DNA from: an uncultured Gammaproteobacteria bacterium
GTDB lineage: Bacteria > Pseudomonadota > Gammaproteobacteria > Steroidobacterales > UBA11654
Direction: 5' to 3'
Length of the DNA: 64,000 bases
Assembly: GCA_902595845.1 (NCBI GenBank)
Contig: CACJRN010000006.1
Span: 1,531 to 65,530, forward strand
Under the pieces are notes generated by a model. The model did not search any database, had not been told where the DNA came from, and saw only the letters and a list, made by a program, of their open reading frames with translations. The translations under genes were made by a program, and so were the position numbers. Below, in pieces: positions 27,024 through 37,081 of the stretch (its first letter is position 1; the number at the start of each line of letters is the position of its first letter).

Positions 27024-29005
27024 GAGTGATCAGTGGGGTCTACATCAATTGACCATTTTACTTTTGTTCCAACTTTTTTTGTATCTACAAAGCTTAACAA
27101 TCGTCCACCCATCTCGTGTAATTTTTTTCTATTCTTGCTTTTAAGCATCAACTGCCCCCTTTTTTTTCCACGGATTCTTCCAATTGGAGATTGAATGGGG
27201 CCAAGAACTTTGATGAGCTTTTGATCTTGAGATTTTTCTATGAATTCAGCAATAGCATCTAAAAAAATAAATACATTCCTCTCGTTCGGTGATTCAGCCC
27301 TGATTAAAATTGAATAAGTGTATGGCGGCCACCCAAGACGTTTTCTATCCACCTTATTCTTTTGATAGAACGCTATATAACTATCATCAAGAAGTGCCTT
27401 CAAGGATTCGTTTTCTGGATTATGCGTTTGGAGCAACACCAACCCCTTTTTATCTCTTCTTCCACATCTTCCGGATGCTTGGTAATACTGCTGAGCAAAA
27501 CGCTCGCTACTTCTATAACCACTCCCAAAAAGGCCTTGATCAACATTCACAAAGGCAACAAGAGATAGATTTGGAAAGTCATGCCCTTTTGTGAGCATCT
27601 GAGTCCCAACTAAAATTTTTGCTTTACCAGACTTTACATGGCCAAACACCTCTTCTCTTTTCTTATTGCTTCTAGTCGTATCTCGATCAACCCTGATGAT
27701 CATCTCTTTTGGAAATTTGGCCTCTAGTTCTTCTTCAATTTTTTCGGTTCCATGCCCAATAGTTATTTTTTTACCTTCACAAACTGAACAGGCTTCCTTG
27801 ACTTCTTCTTGATGGGAACAATGATGGCATTTTAGTTTTAATGAGCCCCTATAGAATACCAAGTTGCTTTCACACTTCGGGCACTCATCTATCTTGCCAC
27901 ATTCCTCACACATGCTTATAGGTGAGTAGCCTCTTCGATTGATAAAGAGGAGTGATTGTTCGCCATTTTCTAAAGTTTGAGAGATAGCGTTTAACAAAGG
28001 AGCGCTGAGACCTTTGCTAGAAGGGTTAATATTCAGATTGACAAGCCTTTTCTCTGGCGGTTTGTTGGAAAAAACCCTCTTATCCAGTCGGACTTCATTA
28101 TATTTCCCATTTTCAGCATTCAATAGGCTCTCATAGGAAGGAGTTGCAGACCCTAGAATTAGACCACAACCCAATTTTTTTGCTCTCAATACAGCAAGAT
28201 CTCTAGCAGAGTACATTAGGCCAGATTGTTGTTTGTATGACTCATCATGCTCTTCATCAATGACTATTAGTCCTAGTTTACGAAAAGGAACAAATATCGA
28301 GGAACGCGTCCCTAATATGATAGAAAGCTTGTTCTCTCTAGCAGAAAGCCATGCCTCTGCCTTTAATTTCTCTGATGTTGAAGAGTGGATTAAGCCAACA
28401 CAATTGCCAAACCTTGAGCTTATTGCTTCAAATAATTGTGGTGTCAACCCAATCTCAGGGACCAAAAAAAGAACTTGTTGCTTTTTTTCAAGCGCTTTTT
28501 TCATCAGCTGCAAATATATCTCGGTTTTGCCACTGCCAGTAACACCATTAAGAAGAACAGGACTAGGTTTTTTGAGCAGTTCAACACAATTGTCAAAAGC
28601 TTTTTTTTGGTAAGTGGTTAATTTTCTTTCCACACCAGACTTTTGAAAAACCATACTTTCTATGGCCGGAGTTTTCCCTGATCTTAGGTATTTTGGAACA
28701 GCTGTTGCATAGGTTTTACCTAGAGGATAATGGTAGTAATTTTTACACCATGAAATTAGGCCATGAGCCTCTTTGTTGATCAAAGGAGCCTCGTCGATTA
28801 TCGACTTACAGTATTTAATCTTGCTTTTTGGCAAAGAACTTTCATCTGATACTTCATGAATAAAACCGATAACCTCTCTTCTCCCAAAAGGGACCAAAAC
28901 TCTTTGGCCTATTTTGGGTATTTGGTCTGAATCTTTGGGAAGATAATAGTCAAAAATCTGTGACACAGGCGTGTCGACAGCTATATTTAAAATTGTGTTC
29001 TTCAA
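27020..29005 (-). CDS. priA: Primosomal protein N' (replication restart helicase)
   Basis: GVTGSGKTE, VPEIGLTPQ, DEEH, SAT, Cys-rich zinc region, GHDFP, DVDP. Confidence 0.95.
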   Translation of the reverse strand: MKNTILNIAVDTPVSQIFDYYLPKDSDQIPKIGQRVLVPFGRREVIGFIHEVSDESSLPKSKIKYCKSIIDEAPLINKEAHGLISWCKNYYHYPLGKTYATAVPKYLRSGKTPAIESMVFQKSGVERKLTTYQKKAFDNCVELLKKPSPVLLNGVTGSGKTEIYLQLMKKALEKKQQVLFLVPEIGLTPQLFEAISSRFGNCVGLIHSSTSEKLKAEAWLSARENKLSIILGTRSSIFVPFRKLGLIVIDEEHDESYKQQSGLMYSARDLAVLRAKKLGCGLILGSATPSYESLLNAENGKYNEVRLDKRVFSNKPPEKRLVNLNINPSSKGLSAPLLNAISQTLENGEQSLLFINRRGYSPISMCEECGKIDECPKCESNLVFYRGSLKLKCHHCSHQEEVKEACSVCEGKKITIGHGTEKIEEELEAKFPKEMIIRVDRDTTRSNKKREEVFGHVKSGKAKILVGTQMLTKGHDFPNLSLVAFVNVDQGLFGSGYRSSERFAQQYYQASGRCGRRDKKGLVLLQTHNPENESLKALLDDSYIAFYQKNKVDRKRLGWPPYTYSILIRAESPNERNVFIFLDAIAEFIEKSQDQKLIKVLGPIQSPIGRIRGKKRGQLMLKSKNRKKLHEMGGRLLSFVDTKKVGTKVKWSIDVDPTDHS

Positions 29006-30117
29006 TAGCCCAATGATTTGATGCAGGCACTGACTAATTGTAAGCCTTCACTGAGATAATCTGGGTTTGCACCAATCCCAAACCTGAGATATCCATCCAT
29101 GCCGTAGCAATCCCCAGGAACGATCAATACACTTTGGTCAACCCTGAGTTTATGAACAAATTCAGTGCTATTGATATCCATGTTATAACCAACAAAGGCC
29201 ATGCCTCCAGCTTTAGGGGGAACAAATGTGAAAAGCCCATTGTGACTATCAAGCCAATTTTGAAATAAAGCCAGATTCTCAGTAAGCATCTTGCTTGATC
29301 GCCCTAAAATGTTCTCTCTAGTAGGCGAAGTCATAATTTTTGTTCCAATTTCTTGGGAGATCACAGAAGCACAGAGAGTCGTATAATCTTTTCTCGTCCA
29401 AATGTTTTGGATAACATCAGGTGATGCAACAAGCCATCCAATTCTTAATCCAGGGTGCGCGAATGATTTTGATAAACCACATGAGACAATCGATTTATCA
29501 TAAAAGTGAACAAAACTTTTTGTTTCATTTCCATCAAGCTCTGATCCTCTATACACCTCATCCGAGTGAATATATGCCCCATGTTTTTCTGCTATTGCAG
29601 CGATTGACTCCATCTCCTCATCAGTCATAACCGCACCAGTTGGATTGCTTGGATTACAAATTGAAATTAATTTTGTTTTGTCATTCACCATTGACTCAAG
29701 CTCATCAAGATCTAAATGCCAGTTGAGAGATTCTTTCAGATGAATTGTTTTAACTTTTGCCCCCAGATTTTTTGCTAAGCCTGGAAGCTGCATGTAATTC
29801 GGAAGCACCATTATGACTTCGTCATCGGGCTCAACTAAAGTCCAGCCAATTAAAAAATTCGCTTCAGCAGAGCCATTGGTAACAAGGATATTGCTCGAAG
29901 TAATCTTATCAGGATACCAAGATGCAATGGCAGACAAGAGGCTTGGATCACCGGTGGTATAACCATAGTATATTTCCATTTCGAGGATTCTTTTTATCTC
30001 CTCTTCGCTCATTAGTTCATTCATTGATAATGGGTGATTCCCGCTATCACTGAGGTTGTATTTCACTTCATTTTCATAAAGTGATTGGAGCCGCTCCATT
30101 TCAAATTCAACAAACAT
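29002..30117 (-). CDS. Class I/II PLP-dependent aminotransferase
   Basis: GSAEAN, NPSNPTG, DEVY, GLSKSFAHPGLRIGW. Confidence 0.88.
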   Translation of the reverse strand: MFVEFEMERLQSLYENEVKYNLSDSGNHPLSMNELMSEEEIKRILEMEIYYGYTTGDPSLLSAIASWYPDKITSSNILVTNGSAEANFLIGWTLVEPDDEVIMVLPNYMQLPGLAKNLGAKVKTIHLKESLNWHLDLDELESMVNDKTKLISICNPSNPTGAVMTDEEMESIAAIAEKHGAYIHSDEVYRGSELDGNETKSFVHFYDKSIVSCGLSKSFAHPGLRIGWLVASPDVIQNIWTRKDYTTLCASVISQEIGTKIMTSPTRENILGRSSKMLTENLALFQNWLDSHNGLFTFVPPKAGGMAFVGYNMDINSTEFVHKLRVDQSVLIVPGDCYGMDGYLRFGIGANPDYLSEGLQLVSACIKSLGY

Positions 30118-30174
30118 GATGGTGAGAATAACACAACTGGTGTGATAGGAGTACGAGGCTTAAAATTATTTTTA

Positions 30175-31548
30175 CTAGAGCTCTTTTATAGAGTTCACAA
30201 GATCTGTGGCAACAGCTTGACCATCACCGTAAAGCATCCTTGTGTTATCAAGGAAAAACAGAACATTTTCAATTCCAGAGAAGCCTGTTCCTTGGCCCCT
30301 TTTTACCACAATTACATTGGAGGCATAATCAGCATCAAGTATCGGCATTCCGTAAATTTCACTTGAAGGATCTGTTCTGGCAATAGGGTTAACAACATCA
30401 TTTGCGCCTATAACAAGCGCAACATCACAACTCTTAAATTCCTGGTTTATTTCATCTTCATCAAAAATTAACTCATAAGGCACGCCAGCTTCAGCCAATA
30501 AGACATTCATGTGGCCGGGCATTCTTCCTGCTACTGGATGAATAGCAAACTTAACATCAACACCTCTATCAATAAGGAGCTGGCTAAGCTCCCAAACTTT
30601 TTGTTGAGCTTGAGCGACTGCCATTCCATATCCGGGGATGATAATAACCTTTTGGGCAAAGGCCATCATGATTCCAGCATCACCAGCCTCTATTGGCTTC
30701 ATTTCTCCTTCGACAGCATCACCGCTTGCTTGGGCTGTTTCGCCGAAGGGAAAAAGCACACTGACAAGCGTTTTGTTCATTGCTTTTGCCATCAGCTGTG
30801 TCAGCAATGTTCCTGCAGCACCAACAACAGTCCCGGCGATAATCATAGAATAATTTTGCAAAACATAGCCTTCAAACCCAACAGCCAAACCAGTGAGCGC
30901 ATTGTATAAAGAAATGACAACAGCCATATCTCCACCACCAATTGGCATTGTCATAGCAACACCCAATAACAACGCAATTACAAAGACCACGATTACTAAA
31001 GTTGCATTTGAGTCAAATCCAGCAACAACAAGACCAGATAATACGATTGACCCAAGAAGCAAAAGAAGATTGATTTGGTGCTGCCCTTTGAACCTAAAAG
31101 TTCCTTTAATCATCCCCTGAAGTTTTCCAAAAGCTATCAAGCTTCCAGTAAACGAAATAGAGCCAATTATTCCTCCAATCAAAGCCAGAGTGGTGACACT
31201 AAGCGGCAAGTGATGATCTTTGAAGAGTTCAACGGCTGCAATAGCAGCTGCAGCACCACCGCCCATTCCATTATATAGGGCAATCATTTCAGGCATTTCA
31301 GTCATTTCAACTTTTTTGGCCGTATACCCAGCTAATACAGTACCAATCAGAATGGCACTTACAATCAAAACAAAGTTTTCAACACCAGGATAGAAAAAAG
31401 TTGCTGCAGTGGCCATGAGCATGCCAACGCCTGCCCAAACAATTCCAGTTCTTGCAGTTGTGGGTGAGCTCATTCTTTTTAACCCGACAATAAACAGAAC
31501 TGCGGCAACCACATATATGCTTTGAATTATGGTCTCAACATTACTCAT
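30175..31548 (-). CDS. pntB: NAD(P) transhydrogenase subunit beta
   Basis: PIGGGDM, PGYGMAVAQAQ, IHPVAGRMPGHMNVLLAEA, GANDVVNP. Confidence 0.96.
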   Translation of the reverse strand: MSNVETIIQSIYVVAAVLFIVGLKRMSSPTTARTGIVWAGVGMLMATAATFFYPGVENFVLIVSAILIGTVLAGYTAKKVEMTEMPEMIALYNGMGGGAAAAIAAVELFKDHHLPLSVTTLALIGGIIGSISFTGSLIAFGKLQGMIKGTFRFKGQHQINLLLLLGSIVLSGLVVAGFDSNATLVIVVFVIALLLGVAMTMPIGGGDMAVVISLYNALTGLAVGFEGYVLQNYSMIIAGTVVGAAGTLLTQLMAKAMNKTLVSVLFPFGETAQASGDAVEGEMKPIEAGDAGIMMAFAQKVIIIPGYGMAVAQAQQKVWELSQLLIDRGVDVKFAIHPVAGRMPGHMNVLLAEAGVPYELIFDEDEINQEFKSCDVALVIGANDVVNPIARTDPSSEIYGMPILDADYASNVIVVKRGQGTGFSGIENVLFFLDNTRMLYGDGQAVATDLVNSIKEL

Positions 31549-31828
31549 TTTCTTTCTTAGATTTGAACATTTCTAACATTCTTTCTGTTACAACATAGCC
31601 ACCAACTGCATTACCAGAGGCCAAAAGTACCCCAAGAAACCCTATCGACTTTTCTAAATTTGTTTCAGCCATTCCGAGAGCAATTATTGCTCCTACAAGC
31701 ACAACACCATGTATGAAGTTCGACCCAGACATTAGAGGTGTATGCAAGATTGCAGGAACCTTAGATATGACCTCAAAGCCAGTGAATGCAGCTAGCATAA
31801 AGATGTAAATCGCAATAAATGTTTCCAT
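31541..31828 (-). CDS. pntAB: NAD(P) transhydrogenase subunit alpha, part 2 (membrane)
   Basis: VPAILHTPLMSGSNFIHG, NAVGGYVVTERMLEMF. Confidence 0.93.
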   Translation of the reverse strand: METFIAIYIFMLAAFTGFEVISKVPAILHTPLMSGSNFIHGVVLVGAIIALGMAETNLEKSIGFLGVLLASGNAVGGYVVTERMLEMFKSKKENE

Positions 31829-31829
31829 A

Positions 31830-32948
31830 TCAATTTGCTCCTTGGTTAAAGGTTACTTCACCATTTCTGGTGATGTTTGCACCTTTAAATACCTCATCAT
31901 CCCAATCAATATTAAGACCTTCTTCAGCGATAGCTGGGGAGAGGAAGTTCAAAAGATTTCTTGAATAGAGTTCACTTGCATGTTTTGGCATTGTAGAAGG
32001 CAGATTGGTTGGGCCCAATATTATTACACCACCATGATCTACAACATCATCCGGATTTGTGAGCTCGCAGTTTCCTCCAGAAATGGCGCCAAGGTCAACT
32101 ATTACGGAACCTGGAGCCATAGATTCCACTGTTTGTCTATCAATGAGCTTCGGTGCTGGCTTGCCTGGAACCGCAGCAGTTGTGATCACAACATCTGACT
32201 GCCCCATTGTTTTTGAAAGGACTTGTTTTTGAGTTTCAAGCTCTTCCGCTGTTAATTCTCTTGCATAGCCGCCTTCGCCTTCTGCAGTTATTCCTGTATC
32301 TAGAAACTGCGCTCCCAATGACTCAATTTGTTCTTTAGTACTTCTTCTGACATCAAATGCAATAACCCTTGACCCCAATCTTTTTGCGGTTGCGATTGCC
32401 TGAAGACCAGCTACGCCTGCTCCAACGATTAATGTTTGTGCTGGCCTAACTGTACCTGCGGCCGTTGTCAACATAGGAAAGAATTTGTTTGCATGATTAG
32501 CAGCCAAAATCACTGCTTTGTATCCTGCTATTGAGGCTTGCGATGACAATGCATCCATTGACTGAGCGCGGGAAATTCTCGGAATCAACTCAACAGAAAA
32601 AGCATCAACACCTGATGATGCCATTTGTTTAATAAGGGCATCATTTTGAAAAGGGTTCATATAAGAGATAGCCATAGATCCTCTTTTCATTTTTTCAATT
32701 TCATCAGAGGTTGGAGGATTTACTTTGAAAAGAACGTCAGCGACCTTCAGAGCATCCTCAGAAGAGCTGACAAATTTACATGCATTTTCAGGGTAGGCTG
32801 AATCTAAAAACCCTGAAGATTCGCCAGCATTCTTTTCGATTATGAAAGTTACATTATTAGAGGCAAGTTTTTGAGCTATTTCAGGGACGAGGGCAACACG
32901 TGTTTCATTGTTTAAAGACTCGTTAACTACTGCAATTTTTATTGTCAC
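31830..32948 (-). CDS. pntAA: NAD(P) transhydrogenase subunit alpha, part 1 (soluble)
   Basis: ETRVALVP, PRISRAQSMDALSS, GAGVAGLQAI, GGYA, GGNCE. Confidence 0.95.
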   Translation of the reverse strand: MTIKIAVVNESLNNETRVALVPEIAQKLASNNVTFIIEKNAGESSGFLDSAYPENACKFVSSSEDALKVADVLFKVNPPTSDEIEKMKRGSMAISYMNPFQNDALIKQMASSGVDAFSVELIPRISRAQSMDALSSQASIAGYKAVILAANHANKFFPMLTTAAGTVRPAQTLIVGAGVAGLQAIATAKRLGSRVIAFDVRRSTKEQIESLGAQFLDTGITAEGEGGYARELTAEELETQKQVLSKTMGQSDVVITTAAVPGKPAPKLIDRQTVESMAPGSVIVDLGAISGGNCELTNPDDVVDHGGVIILGPTNLPSTMPKHASELYSRNLLNFLSPAIAEEGLNIDWDDEVFKGANITRNGEVTFNQGAN

Positions 32949-33070
32949 GTGCTTATTTTTCGTAATTCAACTCAGATGGACGGAAAGACTATCATTCCTG
33001 TCAAAAAATCCAAGCAAAAAAGTTTAAATATTTATTATTTTTAAACAAAAAAGCCTTTATAGTGTTTTTA

Positions 33071-33703
33071 ATGAATAAATTGATGAACTTTCCTTACAGA
33101 AGTCTGCGTATTGATTCTACGGGGCTTCCTCTTGAGTGGATAGACTTTAAGGAAGCAGCAAAAATTTATTCTGTTGGCGATGTGGTCTATACCTTGGGAG
33201 ATCATCTCTATACAGTCAGAGGGGGGGTCAATGCTAAGTCAGGTGAGAGGAGTCAAATAAACATTAACTCCATTATTGCAACCAGAGGTCGTTCCAAGCA
33301 TTTTCAACAAAAGCTTTCTGGTTTTACACCGCCATTGAACAATCAAACCCTTTTCAAGAGAGACGACCATTTATGCTTATATTGTGGGTCTCAATATAGC
33401 AAAAGAGAGCTAACCAGAGACCATGTGACACCCATAAGCAGAGGAGGCAAAGACATATGGCAGAACGTTGTAAGTGCTTGCAAACGTTGCAATAATCTTA
33501 AGGGCGGAAAAACCCCAGAGGAGGCAAGGATGGGACTTCTTGCAATTCCATTTGCCCCATCTTATGCAGAATATATCCTTCTGCAAGGTAGAAATATTTT
33601 AGCTGATCAAATGAGTTTTCTTTTGAGCCATATTCCAAACACCAGCCCCATTATTGAGCGACTGCAGTCAAAAGAGACTGCCTTAGAGCGCTCAAAAAAC
33701 TAA
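33071..33703 (+). CDS. HNH endonuclease domain protein
   Basis: RDDHLCLYCG, TRDHVTPISRGG, WQNVVSACKRCNNLKG. Confidence 0.88.
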   Translation: MNKLMNFPYRSLRIDSTGLPLEWIDFKEAAKIYSVGDVVYTLGDHLYTVRGGVNAKSGERSQININSIIATRGRSKHFQQKLSGFTPPLNNQTLFKRDDHLCLYCGSQYSKRELTRDHVTPISRGGKDIWQNVVSACKRCNNLKGGKTPEEARMGLLAIPFAPSYAEYILLQGRNILADQMSFLLSHIPNTSPIIERLQSKETALERSKN

Positions 33704-33720
33704 ATTTTTAAAGAATTGCC

Positions 33721-35685
33721 ATGGCAGATGAACTCATAGAGTCCATATTAAATGAGTCAAGAAGTTTTGCACCCCCGAAAGATTTTATTGATCAAGCCAA
33801 TATTGATGAAGAAAAAGTCAATAATTTAAAAAAGCAAGCAAAGGAAAACCATATTCAGTATTGGGCCACCCTTGCGAAAGATCAGTTGGAGTGGTTTCAG
33901 CCCTTTAAGAATATTCTCGATGAGTCTAAGGCTCCTAATTACGAATGGTTCAATGATGGAGTGATTAATGCTTCGTATAATTCATTGGATGTAAATGCCA
34001 GTAAGAGCCCAAACAAAACTGCAATCATCTTTGAAACAGAGGATGGAAAATCTGAGCACATTACATACAAAGAGCTTCTTTCAAAAACTTCTCAATTTGC
34101 TAACGGATTGAAGAAGCTGGGAGTAGAGCCGATGGATAGAGTGGTCATCTATATGCCTATGTGCCCTGAGGCAGTGATAGCTATGCAAGCATGCGCAAGA
34201 ATTGGAGCAATACACTCTGTTGTGTTTGGAGGGTTTTCCTCAAATGCCCTCAAAGACAGGATTGAAGATGCTAAATCCAAGATCGTGATAACCGCCGATG
34301 GGGCTTATAGGGGTGGTAATATCATTCCATTGAAGCAAGCAACAGATGAAGCGGTCTCTCAATCATCATACAAAGTAGAAAATGTCGTGGTCTTTCAAAG
34401 GACCGGAGAAAAAATAGAATTCAATGAGAAGAGAGATGTTTGGTGGAGAGACCTGGTTTCAAATTGTGATTCAAATTGTGATCCAGAGCCACTGAATGCT
34501 GAACACCCATTGTTTATTCTCTATACATCTGGCTCTACTGGTAAGCCGAAAGGAATTCAGCACTCAACAGCAGGATACATACTGCACGCAAAAACAACAT
34601 TTTCTTGGGTATTTGATATCAAAAATGATGACGTTTTTTGGTGCACAGCAGATGTTGGGTGGATCACTGGGCATACCTATGTGGCATATGGACCATTGCT
34701 GGCTGGTGCCACGATTCTTATCTATGAAGGTGCTCCCACTTTTCCAGATGTCGGAAGGTTTTGGGATATTTGCGAGAAGCATGCTGTCACCATTTTTTAT
34801 ACTGCGCCGACAGCAATTAGAGCATTGATGAAACACGGAGATGAAATTCCGCAAAGCTATGATTTGTCCAGTCTGCGTCTACTTGGAACAGTAGGTGAAC
34901 CAATAAACCCTGAAGCTTGGATGTGGTATCACAGAATTATCGGTCAAGAGCGTTGTCCAATTGTTGATACTTGGTGGCAAACGGAGACAGGCGGAGCCAT
35001 GATCAGCCCCCTTCCTGGAATCACAGAGACAAAACCTGGGTCATGTACAACTCCAATGCCAGGTATTGATGTTGATATCGTCGATGAGCTAGGAGAGCCA
35101 GTAGGAGAGGCAAATCAGGGAGGGTATCTGGTTATCAAAAAACCATGGCCCTCAATGTTAAGAACCATATGGGGAGATAACCAAAGATATATTGATACTT
35201 ATTGGGAAAAATTTGACGGAAGGTATTATGTTGCTGGCGATAGTGCATACAGAGATGAGGATGGTTGCCATTGGATCATGGGTAGAATTGACGATGTGCT
35301 CAATGTCTCAGGCCACCGCTTGGGAACGATGGAGGTAGAGTCGGCGCTTGTCGCAAATGAAATGGTTGCAGAAGCAGCTGTTGTTGGAAGGCCGCACGAA
35401 GTCAAAGGCGAAAGCATCTTTGCATTTGTTGTGACCAAAGGAGAGAGACCGATTGGAGAAGACGCAAAAAAAATGCAGGAAGCTCTTAGGGAATGGGTGG
35501 CTGAACAAGTGGGTGCAATTGCAAAGCCAGATGAAATTCGATTTTCAGATAATTTGCCAAAAACACGTTCTGGCAAGATTATGAGGAGATTGCTTCGAGT
35601 AATTGCAAGAGATGAAGCCATCACACAAGATATATCCACTCTTGAGGATGAGTCTATCATTAAGCAACTCCAAGGCGAAGATTAG
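33721..35685 (+). CDS. acs: Acetyl-CoA synthetase
   Basis: YTSGSTGKPKG, ADVGWITGH, DTWWQTETG, LPKTRSGKIMRR. Confidence 0.97.
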   Translation: MADELIESILNESRSFAPPKDFIDQANIDEEKVNNLKKQAKENHIQYWATLAKDQLEWFQPFKNILDESKAPNYEWFNDGVINASYNSLDVNASKSPNKTAIIFETEDGKSEHITYKELLSKTSQFANGLKKLGVEPMDRVVIYMPMCPEAVIAMQACARIGAIHSVVFGGFSSNALKDRIEDAKSKIVITADGAYRGGNIIPLKQATDEAVSQSSYKVENVVVFQRTGEKIEFNEKRDVWWRDLVSNCDSNCDPEPLNAEHPLFILYTSGSTGKPKGIQHSTAGYILHAKTTFSWVFDIKNDDVFWCTADVGWITGHTYVAYGPLLAGATILIYEGAPTFPDVGRFWDICEKHAVTIFYTAPTAIRALMKHGDEIPQSYDLSSLRLLGTVGEPINPEAWMWYHRIIGQERCPIVDTWWQTETGGAMISPLPGITETKPGSCTTPMPGIDVDIVDELGEPVGEANQGGYLVIKKPWPSMLRTIWGDNQRYIDTYWEKFDGRYYVAGDSAYRDEDGCHWIMGRIDDVLNVSGHRLGTMEVESALVANEMVAEAAVVGRPHEVKGESIFAFVVTKGERPIGEDAKKMQEALREWVAEQVGAIAKPDEIRFSDNLPKTRSGKIMRRLLRVIARDEAITQDISTLEDESIIKQLQGED

Positions 35686-35686
35686 T

Positions 35687-37030
35687 CTAGTTAGCAACCT
35701 CTCTAAAAACTCTTCTATACCAAACAATAGCTACACAGCCTGCAAAAATATTAGCCAGAACTTGTGCGATGAATATACCTTGAAAACCCAAATAATGTGC
35801 CAATGCATAGGCAAGTGGAACATAAATCACCAATGTTCTTGAGATTGATATTGTCATGGCAGGCAAAGGTCTTCCAAAAGCGTTAAATGAACCATTACAA
35901 ATTGAAGCGATCCCCAAAAAACCATAACCCCAAGGGCAAATCAGCAGCTGAATCATGGCCAACCTAATTACATCTTCATTATCAGTAAACACCCCGAGAA
36001 TAGTGGCTGATCCAAAATATAAAAAAACAATACAAAATATGGCATAAAACAATGCAAATCTTGCAGAAAATTTAAAACCATTGACCAAGCGATCAAATTT
36101 TTTAGCTCCATAATTTTGTCCTACATACGGAGCCGTGGCACCACCGAGTGCCATCAGTAAAACAATTACAAGCGCTTCAATTCTTCCAGCCAAACCATAA
36201 GCAGCAACAGCCTCTTGACCGTATGTGCTGACCAACGCTGTAACCAGGGCGCTTGAAACCGGGGCAATCAAATTGCTTGCAATAGCAGGTAATCCAACAT
36301 GCAATACTTGCTTCCATGATGAAATCATTGAAGTGAGACTATGCCCAATTGAGGTGAGTAAATTGTCACGAACAATGAGTACCCAGAGTGAAGCAAAGAG
36401 AAATGCGACAGTTGATATAACGCTCGCAAGAGCTGCTCCAGCCACACCCATTTCTGGAAAACCAAACCAACCAAAGATTAAAAAAGGATCCAATACAGCA
36501 TTCACTATTGCAGAGAATGCAACCAGCATAGAAGGCGTTTTGGCATCGCCATTGGCCCTTAAAATAGAATTGCCAATAAAAGGGATTCCAAGAAATAAGG
36601 AGCCCCAGTAGTAAATTGTCATATACGACTTCACATAAGGCATCGACTCTTCATTGGCACCTAGAAGACCAAAGAGCGACTCTATAGAAAGAAGTCCAAT
36701 TAGAGTGACCACAGCACCTGCGACGACGGCAAGCACCATAGAATGGGTTGCTATTTGTTTTACACTTTTTGTATCACCGGCACCGATGAATCTCGACAAA
36801 ACAGAAGAGGTTCCTGTGCCAAGGCCCATCACTATACCTGCCGCAACAAACCACACGGGAAACGCATAACTGACAGCAGCGAGCTGTGCATATCCTAGTT
36901 GTCCAATAAAATAAGCATCGACGAGACCATTGCCTATCATTACAAGGATGCCCAAAGCCATAGGCAACATCATGGATAAAATAGAGTTAGAGACGGGGCC
37001 GACTGTTAATTTGGGAGCGTTATTTTCCAT
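35687..37030 (-). CDS. MATE family efflux transporter
   Basis: About 12 TM, VDAYFIGQLG, RANGDAKTP, LDPFLIFG, GQNYGA. Confidence 0.9.
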   Translation of the reverse strand: MENNAPKLTVGPVSNSILSMMLPMALGILVMIGNGLVDAYFIGQLGYAQLAAVSYAFPVWFVAAGIVMGLGTGTSSVLSRFIGAGDTKSVKQIATHSMVLAVVAGAVVTLIGLLSIESLFGLLGANEESMPYVKSYMTIYYWGSLFLGIPFIGNSILRANGDAKTPSMLVAFSAIVNAVLDPFLIFGWFGFPEMGVAGAALASVISTVAFLFASLWVLIVRDNLLTSIGHSLTSMISSWKQVLHVGLPAIASNLIAPVSSALVTALVSTYGQEAVAAYGLAGRIEALVIVLLMALGGATAPYVGQNYGAKKFDRLVNGFKFSARFALFYAIFCIVFLYFGSATILGVFTDNEDVIRLAMIQLLICPWGYGFLGIASICNGSFNAFGRPLPAMTISISRTLVIYVPLAYALAHYLGFQGIFIAQVLANIFAGCVAIVWYRRVFREVAN

Positions 37031-37081
37031 TGGGATATGACCGATAGAAGAGAATCATACAGGTGTTTTTATTAAAAACAA

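Noticed and set aside
30175-32948. Split alpha subunit of the transhydrogenase as a possible frameshift
   Set aside because: The three-subunit PntAA/PntAB/PntB arrangement is a well-known natural form, and pntAB has its own RBS
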